Positions 29,381-39,172 of a DNA stretch of 64,000 nt are shown here, piece by piece. Location of the stretch: positions 3,968,001-4,032,000 of the forward strand of contig OY762209.1 in NCBI GenBank assembly GCA_963665295.1, written 5' to 3'. The notes below the pieces were generated by a model. It was not told the origin of the DNA. It did no database searches and was given only the letters and a program-made list of their open reading frames with translations. The translations under genes and the position numbers were made by a program. The first letter of the stretch is position 1. Each line of letters starts with the position of its first letter. This stretch comes from Syntrophorhabdaceae bacterium. GTDB lineage: Bacteria; Desulfobacterota; Syntrophorhabdia; Syntrophorhabdales; Syntrophorhabdaceae.

Positions 29381-31177
29381 ATGAAATACATTAGAAACTT
29401 CAGCATCATAGCTCACATCGACCATGGCAAATCGACCCTTGCGGACCGGATGATACAGTACGCCCACCTCGTGGATGACCGGCAATTCCGGGACCAGATA
29501 CTCGATACCATGGATATTGAGAGGGAACGGGGGATCACGATCAAGAGCCAGACTATCAATATCCCCTATACAAGTAAATCGGGTGAGGATTTTGACCTGA
29601 ACCTCATCGATACGCCGGGCCATGTGGACTTTTCATATGAAGTGTCAAGGGCCCTTGCCTCCTGTGAAGGAGTGCTTCTTCTTGTTGACGCCTCCCAGGG
29701 GGTCGAGGCTCAAACCCTTGCCAACCTCTATGCGGCCATGGAGCACAACCTTGTCATTATTCCTGTGATTAACAAGATCGATCTCCCCTCCGCCGACATA
29801 GACCGGGTCAAGGAGGAGATCGATCAGGAACTCGGACTCGACCCTGACCTGGCGGTTCTTTGTTCCGCAAAAGAAGGTATAGGTATCCAGGATATATTTG
29901 AAGCAATCGTGACAAAGATACCGCCTCCCACGGGAAAAGTGGACAGGCCTCTTTCCGCCCTGATATTTGATGCTCATTACGATCCTTTCAGGGGGACCAT
30001 CGTAAGTTGCCGGGTCTTTGACGGCGCCATCCGTCCGGGAGAAATGATACGGCTCATGTCGAACAATGCGGCCTACAAAGTAGAAGAGACGGGCATTTTC
30101 AGACTGAAGATGGAGGCGAGAAAGGAACTTTCCGCCGGGTCGGTGGGGTACATTATTGCAGGCATCAAGACCGTGAGCGACACGAGGGTCGGCGACACCA
30201 TTACTCTCGACCAGAACCCTGTATCCGCGCCCCTTCCCGGTTTCAAAGAGATAAAGCCCGTAGTCTTCTCATCGATTTATCCCATCGCGTCGGATGACTA
30301 CCTTTCCCTTGCAGAAGCACTTGAGAAGTATAAACTGAACGATGCGGCCCTGGTTTACCAGAAGGACTCCTCCGCAGCTCTGGGCCAGGGGTTCCGCTGC
30401 GGGTTTCTCGGCCTTCTTCACCTCGAGATCGTTCAGGAAAGGCTCGAAAGGGAGTTCGATCAGTCCATCATTCTCACGTCGCCAAGCGTCCAGTATCGCT
30501 TCCTTCTCACTGACGGAAGCATGGTGACGGTAGATAATCCTCAGTATTATCCGGATCCTACGAAGATACAGAAAGGTGAAGAGCCTTTTATCAGGGCAAG
30601 TATCCTCGTACCGGAGCGATATGTCGGCGTAGTGATGAAGCTCTGTATGGAACGCCGGGGCGTAAATTCCCGTCTCGCCTATCCCAGTCCCGGGAGGGTT
30701 GAAATCACCTTCGACATGCCTCTCGCGGAAGTAGTATTTGACTTTTATGATAAATTGAAGAGCATTACCCAGGGTTACGGCTCTTTCGACTATGAAATCA
30801 TAGACTACCGGGAGAGTAACCTTATCAAGCTGGACATCCTCGTGAACGGCGAGAAGGTTGACGCCCTCTCCATGATTGCGCACAGAGACCGGGCAAGGGA
30901 GCGGGCAGTCAGGGTATGCGACAAGCTGAGAGATGAAATACCGAGGCAACTCTTCAAGATCGCCATTCAGGGGGCTATAGGGGGTAAGATCATCGCCCGG
31001 TCCACTGTCTCGCCATACAGGAAAGATGTGACCGCCAAATGTTACGGCGGAGATATCAGCCGGAAGAGAAAACTCCTTGAGAAGCAAAAGAAGGGCAAAA
31101 GGAGAATGAGTATGGTGGGGAATGTCGAAATACCCCAGAGTGCCTTTATGGCCGCCCTGAAGACCGACGACGAGTGA
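29381..31177 (+). CDS. lepA: elongation factor 4
   Basis: IRNFSIIAHIDHGKSTLADR, DTPGHVDF, GFRCGFLGLLH and KCYGGDISRKRKLLEKQK. Confidence 0.98.
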   Translation: MKYIRNFSIIAHIDHGKSTLADRMIQYAHLVDDRQFRDQILDTMDIERERGITIKSQTINIPYTSKSGEDFDLNLIDTPGHVDFSYEVSRALASCEGVLLLVDASQGVEAQTLANLYAAMEHNLVIIPVINKIDLPSADIDRVKEEIDQELGLDPDLAVLCSAKEGIGIQDIFEAIVTKIPPPTGKVDRPLSALIFDAHYDPFRGTIVSCRVFDGAIRPGEMIRLMSNNAAYKVEETGIFRLKMEARKELSAGSVGYIIAGIKTVSDTRVGDTITLDQNPVSAPLPGFKEIKPVVFSSIYPIASDDYLSLAEALEKYKLNDAALVYQKDSSAALGQGFRCGFLGLLHLEIVQERLEREFDQSIILTSPSVQYRFLLTDGSMVTVDNPQYYPDPTKIQKGEEPFIRASILVPERYVGVVMKLCMERRGVNSRLAYPSPGRVEITFDMPLAEVVFDFYDKLKSITQGYGSFDYEIIDYRESNLIKLDILVNGEKVDALSMIAHRDRARERAVRVCDKLRDEIPRQLFKIAIQGAIGGKIIARSTVSPYRKDVTAKCYGGDISRKRKLLEKQKKGKRRMSMVGNVEIPQSAFMAALKTDDE

Positions 31178-32310
31178 CGGACCGTACCTCGAATCCCAAC
31201 CGCACGCCGGCCGGCCTCTATATCCACGTCCCCTTCTGCAAGACCAAATGTCCCTACTGCGATTTCTACTCCACCACGGACCTTGAGTCCGTCAGCCGAT
31301 GGATCGATGCGCTCTCACGAGAGATGGATTTATACAGAGACCTCTTTTCTTCCTTCGACTCCGTCTATTTCGGCGGGGGCACACCATCTCTTCTCGACGA
31401 GCCGGCCGTCCGGCGTCTGATGGCAACCGTCCTGGACCACTGGCAACTCGATCCCGGCACGGAGATCACCGTGGAGGCAAATCCGGACGACATAACAGAG
31501 GAAAAACTGCTTCTTTACCGGTCCCTGGGTATTGGAAGGCTGAGTGTCGGTGTCCAGTCCTTTAATGACAGGGAGCTTTTATTCCTCAAGAGGCGACATG
31601 ATTCCCGCGGCGCCCGCCGGGCCCTCGATCTCGTCCTATCCTCGGGCTTCGACAACTTCGGCGTTGATTTGATGTACGGCCTGAAAGGCCAGACAAGGTC
31701 GTCCTGGGACAATAGTCTCGCTGAGGCTCTTGCCTTTGAGCCCGCCCACCTTTCGTGTTATCAATTGACCGTGGAAGATCGCACGCCTTTCGGAAAACTC
31801 AGGGCAGAAGGTATTCTGAAACCCCTTGGCGACGAGGCGGGGAGACGATTCTTCCTTGCCACTTCCCACTTTCTTCAGGACAGGGGATTCATTCACTACG
31901 AAATCTCGAACTTCGCAAAAGCGAAGGGCCGTATGTCCCGCCATAACAGGAAGTATTGGGCCCACACCCCATACCTGGGCCTGGGTCCGGCAGCGCACTC
32001 GTTCCTCGATGGAAAAAGGTGGTGGAACCGGCGTTCGGTGAAGGAATATTGCGCCCACCTGGACCAGGGAACGAGACCCGTCGAGGGGAGCGAAACCCTG
32101 ACTCCCCAACAACTGCGATTGGAGAGACTTTACTTCGGTTTCAGAACCAGGGACGGCCTTTCCGTATCCGACCTTGACTGTGACGGTCCCACGGGCCGTC
32201 TTGCCCTTCTGGAAAAGGAGGGCCTCGTAAGGATTGAGGGAGAGAGGGTGGTACCCACGATAGAGGGCTTTCTGGTAGCCGACCGGCTTCCTCTCATGTT
32301 CGCGGACTGA
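31174..32310 (+). CDS. hemW: radical SAM heme chaperone HemW
   Basis: LYIHVPFCKTKCPYCDF, YFGGGTPS, YEISNFA, HNRKYW and YLGLGPAAHS; downstream of lepA. Confidence 0.9.
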   Translation: MTDRTSNPNRTPAGLYIHVPFCKTKCPYCDFYSTTDLESVSRWIDALSREMDLYRDLFSSFDSVYFGGGTPSLLDEPAVRRLMATVLDHWQLDPGTEITVEANPDDITEEKLLLYRSLGIGRLSVGVQSFNDRELLFLKRRHDSRGARRALDLVLSSGFDNFGVDLMYGLKGQTRSSWDNSLAEALAFEPAHLSCYQLTVEDRTPFGKLRAEGILKPLGDEAGRRFFLATSHFLQDRGFIHYEISNFAKAKGRMSRHNRKYWAHTPYLGLGPAAHSFLDGKRWWNRRSVKEYCAHLDQGTRPVEGSETLTPQQLRLERLYFGFRTRDGLSVSDLDCDGPTGRLALLEKEGLVRIEGERVVPTIEGFLVADRLPLMFAD

Positions 32311-32329
32311 CGCCGGTCGCTCCCCGGAA

Positions 32330-32839
32330 TTACCACTCCTTCTTTTTCTTCTTCTTGCCCTTCAGGTCGCTCTGTTCTTCTTTCCTCTGCTCGTAAATAC
32401 CTTCGGTGAGGGTCCCTACTCTCTCACGCCATCTCGGATCGTCCTTATTGCTCTCCAGTTCTTCATAGAAATCCAGAATGGAGTGGTCTATCAACTTATA
32501 GGGGTTCTCCTCCGAGTCGATATCAAAGTAGGCATGCCTCAGTTCATGGCGGATTATCCTCACCTTATCCTGCTTCTCGATTACTTCCCAGCACGTCCTG
32601 TCGAGGGTGATAATATAGTCATATCCTTCGATGGGATCGACCCTGTCGATCGTGAGAAGTCTCAGAAGGTCGTTGGTCTTCATAATCTTGCCCAAGGTGA
32701 TCCTTCCCCCGGAACTTCTCTTTTTCAGGTCGAACAATACCTTGATCTTTGCGTTTTTCAACTCGGGGAAATGCTCGGCCCGGACATCTTTCAACATCTC
32801 CAATACGTCGTCCGTCACCTCTTCATATCTCAATCCCAT
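32330..32839 (-). CDS. putative zincin metallopeptidase of the phage-associated type
   Basis: YDYIITL..W...IIRHELRH...LIDH pattern; Lys-rich C-terminus; AGGAGG RBS. Confidence 0.65.
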   Translation of the reverse strand: MGLRYEEVTDDVLEMLKDVRAEHFPELKNAKIKVLFDLKKRSSGGRITLGKIMKTNDLLRLLTIDRVDPIEGYDYIITLDRTCWEVIEKQDKVRIIRHELRHAYFDIDSEENPYKLIDHSILDFYEELESNKDDPRWRERVGTLTEGIYEQRKEEQSDLKGKKKKKKEW

Positions 32840-32922
32840 ACAAACCTCCTTGATTCGTAACTCCTTTCTATATGGACGGCTGAAGCCTATCACGCCTCAT
32901 GCGGATATTTCAAGAAGATTTG

Positions 32923-32973
32923 GCCCGACTGGGTCCCACACCGGGCCGACACGGATGTGGGACCCAGTCGGGC
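32923..32973. repeat. 18-bp perfect inverted repeat in a divergent intergenic region
   Basis: GCCCGACTGGGTCCCACA-N15-TGTGGGACCCAGTCGGGC. Confidence 0.85.
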
Positions 32974-32975
32974 TC

Positions 32976-33004
32976 TTGATATTATCACCAATATGGTTTA
33001 CTAT
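32976..33004 (+). promoter_or_regulatory. sigma70 promoter for slyD
   Basis: TTGATA-N17-TACTAT. Confidence 0.55.
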
Positions 33005-33061
33005 ATGTGTGATCAAGAAAATATCTACTTTCTTTATCAAATCCACCGAGAAAGGAACATT

Positions 33062-33583
33062 ATGATAATATCAAACCATAAAGCAGTGACAGTTGAGTAC
33101 ACCTTGACCGATGATGCAGGCATAGTCCTCGATACCTCGAAGGGTCGCGAGCCCTTGAACTATATCCACGGCACCGGAGGTCTTCTTCCGGGGTTCGAGT
33201 CCGCCCTGGACGGCAAATCGGCCGAAGACAGTCTTTCTTTTACCCTCGAGCCCAAAGACGGCTACGGAGAACGTAACCCTACCCTTATTTTCAGCCTTCC
33301 GAGGGAAAGGTTCGGTGAAATCGATGATCTCCGGGAGGGCCTGCAGTTTGCCGTTAATGGCCCTTCGGGCGGCATGGTCATGACCGTCATCAAGGTGGGA
33401 GAAAAAGATGTGACCCTCGACGGTAATCACCCGCTCGCAGGTTGTACCCTCCACTTTGACGTGAAGGTACTTGAGGTACGCGACGCGACGGATGAAGAAA
33501 TCCAGGAATCACTCAGCAGCACAGGTTGCGGGTGCGACGCCGGGCCGAGTGAAAACGGATGCGCGGGGTGCTCGGACCACTAG
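33062..33583 (+). CDS. slyD: FKBP-type peptidyl-prolyl isomerase SlyD
   Basis: VEYTL, PLNYIHG, LDGNHPLAG, VRDAT.EEI and Cys-rich tail. Confidence 0.9.
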   Translation: MIISNHKAVTVEYTLTDDAGIVLDTSKGREPLNYIHGTGGLLPGFESALDGKSAEDSLSFTLEPKDGYGERNPTLIFSLPRERFGEIDDLREGLQFAVNGPSGGMVMTVIKVGEKDVTLDGNHPLAGCTLHFDVKVLEVRDATDEEIQESLSSTGCGCDAGPSENGCAGCSDH

Positions 33584-33740
33584 TCTCCCCATAGAGGGAA
33601 CCGGCGCGCCTCAATTTTCATGAAAATATTGCAGTTTTGCAAGGATCACGAAACATCAGGGGAAAGTGCACCCTGAGGAAAGCTTGCCTCAAAGAAGCGT
33701 AACTTTTCAACACAAAACAGGTTTTTAAATAGGGGGACCA

Positions 33741-33959
33741 ATGGTAATCGGTAAGATAAATAGAAGTACCCGTGAGCGCCTCATGGTAACAGTGGAAGAT
33801 GTCAAGGGCAATCAGGTTATCAACGTGGGAGTGTACAAGATCATCAATGACGGCGAACTCTCCCTGACAAGTGAAAACGTTACCTTCGCGCCGGATAAGA
33901 TTGAACTTATAATTGACCTCCTCAGGGAAGCCCAGAAGAAGACCATGCAGCACCCGTGA
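33741..33959 (+). CDS. PC4/YdbC-like small protein, divergent
   Basis: Size and pattern IGKI.RS.RERL.V....KG...I.V..Y....GE...T resemble bacterial PC4 homologs. Confidence 0.55.
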   Translation: MVIGKINRSTRERLMVTVEDVKGNQVINVGVYKIINDGELSLTSENVTFAPDKIELIIDLLREAQKKTMQHP

Positions 33960-33970
33960 ACCACAGAAGC

Positions 33971-33999
33971 TTGAAATAGGGGCAGAATTCAGGTATTAT
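33971..33999 (+). promoter_or_regulatory. sigma70 promoter for the ychF-like gene
   Basis: TTGAAA-N17-TATTAT. Confidence 0.6.
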
Positions 34000-34035
34000 C
34001 TAGTCCGATAAAAAATACCCTCGCGAGGAGCGAAT

Positions 34036-35091
34036 ATGCATATCTCCATAATCGGCACAGCCGGCTCCGGTAAATCAACTCTCTTCCAGGCCTTGAGCGG
34101 TATAAATAACGATAATCCCTCTCATGTCGCATCCTTAGCCACTATCGACGTGCCCGACGAACGACTTGATGCCCTTACTCGTATTTTTGACCCGAAGAAA
34201 ACGGTCTATGCCCGGATTGAACTCTCGGACACGGTACCTATCGGCAAAGATGATCTACGGAACGAAACAATCCAGGCAAAGACGCTGCAGCAGATGCGCC
34301 TGAGCGATGCCTTCCTTCTCATTCTCCCCCACTACCGGGAAGAAGCCGGTGTCGATCCCCTGGCCGACTTCACCCTCATTTTCAGCGAGTTCATCCTGTC
34401 CGACATGTCGCAGATCGAGACACGCCTGGAGCGGATCGCCAAGCAGATGGGAAAGAAGGACAACCTCCTTCTCCAGCAGGAAAAGGAAATGCTTGAAAAG
34501 TGCCTTGACCACCTGAATGAGGAGAAACCTCTTTCCACGCTGGACCTTCTGGACAAGGAGGGAAAGACCTTCCGCGGCTTTCAGTTCATGTCTCAGAAAC
34601 CCATGCTTGTTGTTGTCAACTGTGCGGAAGAGACCCTGGGTGAACTGAATAGAGTGTCGGAGGAGGTACGCGGCAGGCTTCCCGATTACATCCCCAATGT
34701 CGTGGTCTGCGCCAAGCTCGAGGCCGAATTGTCGCTCATGTCTCCCGCCGAGCGGGAGGATTACATGCAGGCCTACGATATCAAGGAAGCGCTGAGGCCT
34801 CGTATTATACGCCTTGCTTATGAGACCCTCGGTCTCATATCCTTTTTCACCGTGGGGGAGGACGAGTGCCGCTCCTGGCCGATCCGGAAAGGGACGACGG
34901 CTCAAGAGGCTGCGGGCACCATACACACGGATTTTTACAACAAGTTCATTCGCGCAGAGACTGTCGGTTACGAGGATTTCATGCAACACGGTGGTTTTGC
35001 GGGATGCAAAAAAGCCGGCCTCTGGCGCCTTGAAGGTAAAACCTACCTGGTCCGGGACGCCGACATCCTTACAATCAGGGCAGGAAACTGA
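34036..35091 (+). CDS. ychF: YchF/Obg-family ATPase paralog with TGS (DUF933) domain
   Basis: GKSTLF, VPDERLD, LGLISFFTVG, AAGTIHTDF, FIRAE and RLEGKTY.V.D; G3 motif degenerate. Confidence 0.78.
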   Translation: MHISIIGTAGSGKSTLFQALSGINNDNPSHVASLATIDVPDERLDALTRIFDPKKTVYARIELSDTVPIGKDDLRNETIQAKTLQQMRLSDAFLLILPHYREEAGVDPLADFTLIFSEFILSDMSQIETRLERIAKQMGKKDNLLLQQEKEMLEKCLDHLNEEKPLSTLDLLDKEGKTFRGFQFMSQKPMLVVVNCAEETLGELNRVSEEVRGRLPDYIPNVVVCAKLEAELSLMSPAEREDYMQAYDIKEALRPRIIRLAYETLGLISFFTVGEDECRSWPIRKGTTAQEAAGTIHTDFYNKFIRAETVGYEDFMQHGGFAGCKKAGLWRLEGKTYLVRDADILTIRAGN

Positions 35092-36361
35092 TACCCACAA
35101 TAAGGGTCTGCCCCGTCACTCCCGCGTGTAAGGTCAGCTTCTCTATCTTTTCCCTGGTCATGGCATCTTCCCCACCCGGATACCTACGGTCCTGTTGATT
35201 CTGCACGAAGGCAACGACTCCCGCCGTATCCATGGCAGCATCGAATGACAGGAGAAGGTTTTTCAGAAACTCTTCTTTTGCCTCCGTAAATCGAGGCGGC
35301 TGGGCCGGCGGTCTGGAGCGCCAGAGAATGCTGACGGATTCTATTTTCTGCGGATCCGGAGAAAGGAGCAATTCAACCTCCGACCCTTTATCCTCTTCGT
35401 CCCGGTAAATGTAAGAAAAACCGGTGCCCCCCGACTTTAAGGGGGCTGAACGTTTGCTCTTCACCTTATACTTTTGATAAAAGAGGCTCTTTTCGAATTC
35501 TGCCACGGTGCGGGGGCCTGCTTCCTTCGCCATGCTTATCTCAGGCGCCCAGAGGTTGCCTGAAATGGTGATCGTTCCCTTTCCCGCAAGGATGCCGTCC
35601 TGCGAAGATGACTCATAGGAAAGTCTCGCGTTGATCTCCGCGCCGTCTCCCGCATCCTGGATGACCCCGGCGCCTCTGATTACATAGGCGTTTCCTTTTA
35701 TGGAGACGTTTTCCGCCTCCCAGCGCCCTCCTTTGATCCTTCCTTCAATGAGTACCTCCTTAAAAGGAAGAGATGCCTTCGGGTCTTCCTTGAAAGCTAT
35801 ACCCCTGAGTTCACCGTCCTTTATCCTCAACGTGAACGTCCCTTTCTCCATGCCCCGGTCGACGAACCTCACATCTTTCGTGATCATCCCGTTCATGGCG
35901 CCACGTATCACCTTAAACCAGGGCAGAGTATTCTCGGGATACTTTGCAAGATCGACCCCGGCAAACCTGATATTGAGGACGGGCGTGCCATTTCCGAAAA
36001 CAGGCAGACCGGCCACATCAATGTTCACCTTCCCTCCGTAAGCAAAGGCGTGGGAGGAGACACGGATGCTTCCTTTTAATAAAGTAAGGGGGTTCCAGAC
36101 AAGTTCCACCTTTTCCATTTCGTAGAAGGGTTTCCCTTCTACGCCTTCATGGGCCACCATGATCTTCGATGCAGAAGCCTTTCCAAAACCCGTTCCAGCG
36201 CCGACAAAGGAAATCCTCGCCCTCCCGCTGACCGCAATATCCTGAAATACAAGCTTGAATGCCTTCTGATAGGGGAAAAAGGCAAAGAGCACAGCGCCCG
36301 TTACGGCGATGGCCCAGACAACCGCCCCGATATACAGTAGATATTTCCTGGATCGTGTCAT
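35075..36361 (-). CDS. gspN: type II secretion protein GspN-like with extra C-terminal domain
   Basis: N-terminal TM ending FFPY, beta-rich body, last gene of the gspF-M run. Confidence 0.65.
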   Translation of the reverse strand: MTRSRKYLLYIGAVVWAIAVTGAVLFAFFPYQKAFKLVFQDIAVSGRARISFVGAGTGFGKASASKIMVAHEGVEGKPFYEMEKVELVWNPLTLLKGSIRVSSHAFAYGGKVNIDVAGLPVFGNGTPVLNIRFAGVDLAKYPENTLPWFKVIRGAMNGMITKDVRFVDRGMEKGTFTLRIKDGELRGIAFKEDPKASLPFKEVLIEGRIKGGRWEAENVSIKGNAYVIRGAGVIQDAGDGAEINARLSYESSSQDGILAGKGTITISGNLWAPEISMAKEAGPRTVAEFEKSLFYQKYKVKSKRSAPLKSGGTGFSYIYRDEEDKGSEVELLLSPDPQKIESVSILWRSRPPAQPPRFTEAKEEFLKNLLLSFDAAMDTAGVVAFVQNQQDRRYPGGEDAMTREKIEKLTLHAGVTGQTLIVGISFLP

Positions 36362-36363
36362 CC

Positions 36364-36867
36364 TTACCTTTCCGTGATAGTTGCAAAAAGATCGATCAAT
36401 TCCTGGTCCTGGGGGAGAGTAAGCTGGAACTTCTTGAAGACCAGCCCCGAGGATTCTACCGCATTAACGAAAGATATAACCTCTCCCAGGGCGGTGCCTG
36501 TAACCTTCACCTCAACCACGGACTCGGCCTTTCCCTTCTTTTCCTTAAGTGTGACCGGCTTAAGGGCATTAAGCGTTCCGCTTACGAAATTTTTCGAGAT
36601 GAGATCTTCCATCAACCCGAGCGAGAGTGGGGCCTCCCCCGTTTTCCTTGCCGAGTCCTTCCGCGCCGCACCCGTATAGAGGAGATATTTGTCCTTAAGT
36701 GCTATAACCCTTCCAAGTTCCAGTTGTTTCAAGGCTATCTTGTGGTCGAACAGTCTCGCATCATTGAAAAAACCGTATCCTCCCCACAGGAAACTCACCA
36801 CCACCAGGGCCGCGAGCCCGTAATACGCCCTTTCCGGAACATAAGTCAGGAGGTCTTTGATGTTCAC
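36364..36867 (-). CDS. gspM: type II secretion protein GspM-like
   Basis: Single N-terminal TM, ferredoxin-like C-terminus (VEVKVTGTALGEVISFV); operon position. Confidence 0.65.
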   Translation of the reverse strand: MNIKDLLTYVPERAYYGLAALVVVSFLWGGYGFFNDARLFDHKIALKQLELGRVIALKDKYLLYTGAARKDSARKTGEAPLSLGLMEDLISKNFVSGTLNALKPVTLKEKKGKAESVVEVKVTGTALGEVISFVNAVESSGLVFKKFQLTLPQDQELIDLFATITER

Positions 36868-38168
36868 AGTTTACCCCTTATCCTGAACTTCACCTGTCGC
36901 GCCCCCGCGAGGTCCACATTCTGGATTTCCGCCTCTTTGACCCCCCTCGCCTGCTCGACTACCCCTTTGATCTTTTCCACAGACGCAAAGGAGACTGTCG
37001 TCCCCGTAATGACAAATTCATCTCCATCATTAACATACTCGCTGATCTTCACATCTATCTGGTTATCGATCTTCGAACTCAGTTCGGCGAGAATCGCAAG
37101 AGGTGATATCCCTTGAGACGCAGGAACACCCGACCGGTCCTTTTCCACTGCTTTGACTTTATCGTCAAACACACGTTCGATATCTTTCGTGGGAGGCGCC
37201 TTGGGGAAGACGGTTCTGTAGATGGCAGTCTCCTGACGGGCCAGGTTCTGTAAGGCCTTCTCCTTCAGAAAAAGGTTGAAATAAGAAGCCCCGAAGAGCG
37301 TGAGGCTGAGGGCAAGCGCACCCGCACAGGCAAAAACGGCCCTCCTGTCAACATGAAAGACGCCGCCGCGGGCGGGGCTGATAAGATTTACCTCTTCTTT
37401 TGCCCCCAGGGCCAACAGCGCAGACCCTACTCCCGACCACGCATGTCCGGGCACGTCATCCCTCCCGAAGTACTCACTCAGCGACGGGGACTCCACCGTG
37501 AGACCGGTTGTCTTCACCAGGTTTGCTCCTACGGTCTTAAGGATGTCGTCATCCCCCATAATATAGGCAGCCTCAGGTGCAAACTCGGGAACACTGAGAT
37601 ATCCGGTCACCGCTTCGAGTATTACCTCTTCATTCCGTGAATGAAAGAACTGCCGCACCCCGAAGGGTTTCCCATTCCTGAAGGCTATGGCCACCGCCAC
37701 CTTGCCTTCCACATGGAGAAAAATAAAGTTTTTCCGGGCGATGAGGTTCAGATATCGCAAGGCATACAACGTAGATAGGCCGTTGAGGGTTACACTCCGT
37801 ATATGGTCTCCCCATTTCAGCCCTTCCACCAGAGAATTCCGGGCCGCCGCAACAAGGACATCACCCTTCCCTTGTTCCTGAAAGTCAAAGGACATCTCCT
37901 CCACGGGGAAAGGGAAAAATTCCTCGAGTTCCTCTCGTATTACGAGCCCTATCTTCCTCCTTCCACTAAAGGGAAACCTGAGCATGACCACGTATCCCGT
38001 GGACGGATCAATAGATACACCCGTGGGCTGGTCCTTGAACAAGGCGCTCAGTTCGTCCGTCGTCGAATCAGGATAGAATTCAATCCCATGAATCCCTTTA
38101 GCATCAGTGACCAGGGAAAGGCCGTACCAGCCCTCTCCGTATTGAAAGATGGAAGCTGATCTCTTCAT
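36864..38168 (-). CDS. gspL: type II secretion protein GspL
   Basis: Actin-like cytoplasmic part (LRFPF..RRKI..VI..ELEE..PFPVEEM.FDF), TM, and PilN-like periplasmic part. Confidence 0.75.
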   Translation of the reverse strand: MKRSASIFQYGEGWYGLSLVTDAKGIHGIEFYPDSTTDELSALFKDQPTGVSIDPSTGYVVMLRFPFSGRRKIGLVIREELEEFFPFPVEEMSFDFQEQGKGDVLVAAARNSLVEGLKWGDHIRSVTLNGLSTLYALRYLNLIARKNFIFLHVEGKVAVAIAFRNGKPFGVRQFFHSRNEEVILEAVTGYLSVPEFAPEAAYIMGDDDILKTVGANLVKTTGLTVESPSLSEYFGRDDVPGHAWSGVGSALLALGAKEEVNLISPARGGVFHVDRRAVFACAGALALSLTLFGASYFNLFLKEKALQNLARQETAIYRTVFPKAPPTKDIERVFDDKVKAVEKDRSGVPASQGISPLAILAELSSKIDNQIDVKISEYVNDGDEFVITGTTVSFASVEKIKGVVEQARGVKEAEIQNVDLAGARQVKFRIRGKL

Positions 38169-39172
38169 CAGGATTCCTTCCATGAAATTACAGTCACCGT
38201 CTTCTTATCTCTTTTCAGAACCGCCGTCACGTCCTTGTCGATCTTCCCCAATTTACACTTGATCCGCACGGAAAAAACAGAAGAATCGACCTTCTGATCC
38301 GCAATCCCCTTAGGAGCCTCCAACCCCATTTCCGACATGCCGGTCACCTCTTCCATGGTCTTGAAAGGCTCCTTTCCTCTCTGGCTGATGATGGCCGCCA
38401 CGATGTTATCGTTTAAGCCCCGATCCCCTCCCCGGGGACCGGGCGGCCCGCCGAGGCCGAGGCCATAGAGCAACTCGAAGGGAGCTGTGTTGAGATTCAG
38501 TTTCCCGTCCGTGGGCGCCACGGTCAGAAACTTCGCAAGTCCCCTTCCCTGGACAAGGTCCTTGTCAAACCCCTTTACCAGCAGCAGTTCTTCCAGGGAA
38601 TCGAGGGGACCGTTCTTGACCGCATAGCCTAATTCTTTGTAGTAGTCCGTCTCAGCGCCCCCGGGGTCGGTCACGGTGTCGTCCGCATCGATCCAATCCA
38701 CAAGGGCCCCCACGATCTCTTCCTTCCCTCCCAGGCGCTTTATGAGATCCTTAAGCTGGGCTTGCACGCCCGCGTCAACCTTGCCGTCTTCCCCGACAAG
38801 CCTGTTCACATTCAATTTTCTATCCTCATCCGTAACGCTGATCTCTACCTTCTCGTCACCTATAGTCAGTGCGGGAATAGTCGCCCATTTGTCCGACAAT
38901 GCATCGTAAGAGTCGTCATCGGCCTTCAGTATGCCCGTGACCGCTTCGATTCCCGAACGGGCCATTCTGACAGCTTGTATTGTATCCCTGAAGTTACCGG
39001 CTTGCAATAGATTTATCTGGGTCTTCGAATAGAAGGCGATCACCACAGGAAACAGCACGGCAATGATAAGGAGAAGCGTAATGAGAATGAACCCTTCCTC
39101 TTCCCCTCGGGCGAATCGGGCGTGGCGGTCCCGGGAAGCCTGCCATACGGACCCACGCCATTCACCCATCAC
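38168..39172 (-). CDS. gspK: minor pseudopilin GspK
   Basis: G/FILITLL cleavage motif, DEDRKLNVN, LVDWIDADD, GAE..YY, KNGPLDSLEEL and LNLNTAP. Confidence 0.9.
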   Translation of the reverse strand: MMGEWRGSVWQASRDRHARFARGEEEGFILITLLLIIAVLFPVVIAFYSKTQINLLQAGNFRDTIQAVRMARSGIEAVTGILKADDDSYDALSDKWATIPALTIGDEKVEISVTDEDRKLNVNRLVGEDGKVDAGVQAQLKDLIKRLGGKEEIVGALVDWIDADDTVTDPGGAETDYYKELGYAVKNGPLDSLEELLLVKGFDKDLVQGRGLAKFLTVAPTDGKLNLNTAPFELLYGLGLGGPPGPRGGDRGLNDNIVAAIISQRGKEPFKTMEEVTGMSEMGLEAPKGIADQKVDSSVFSVRIKCKLGKIDKDVTAVLKRDKKTVTVISWKES

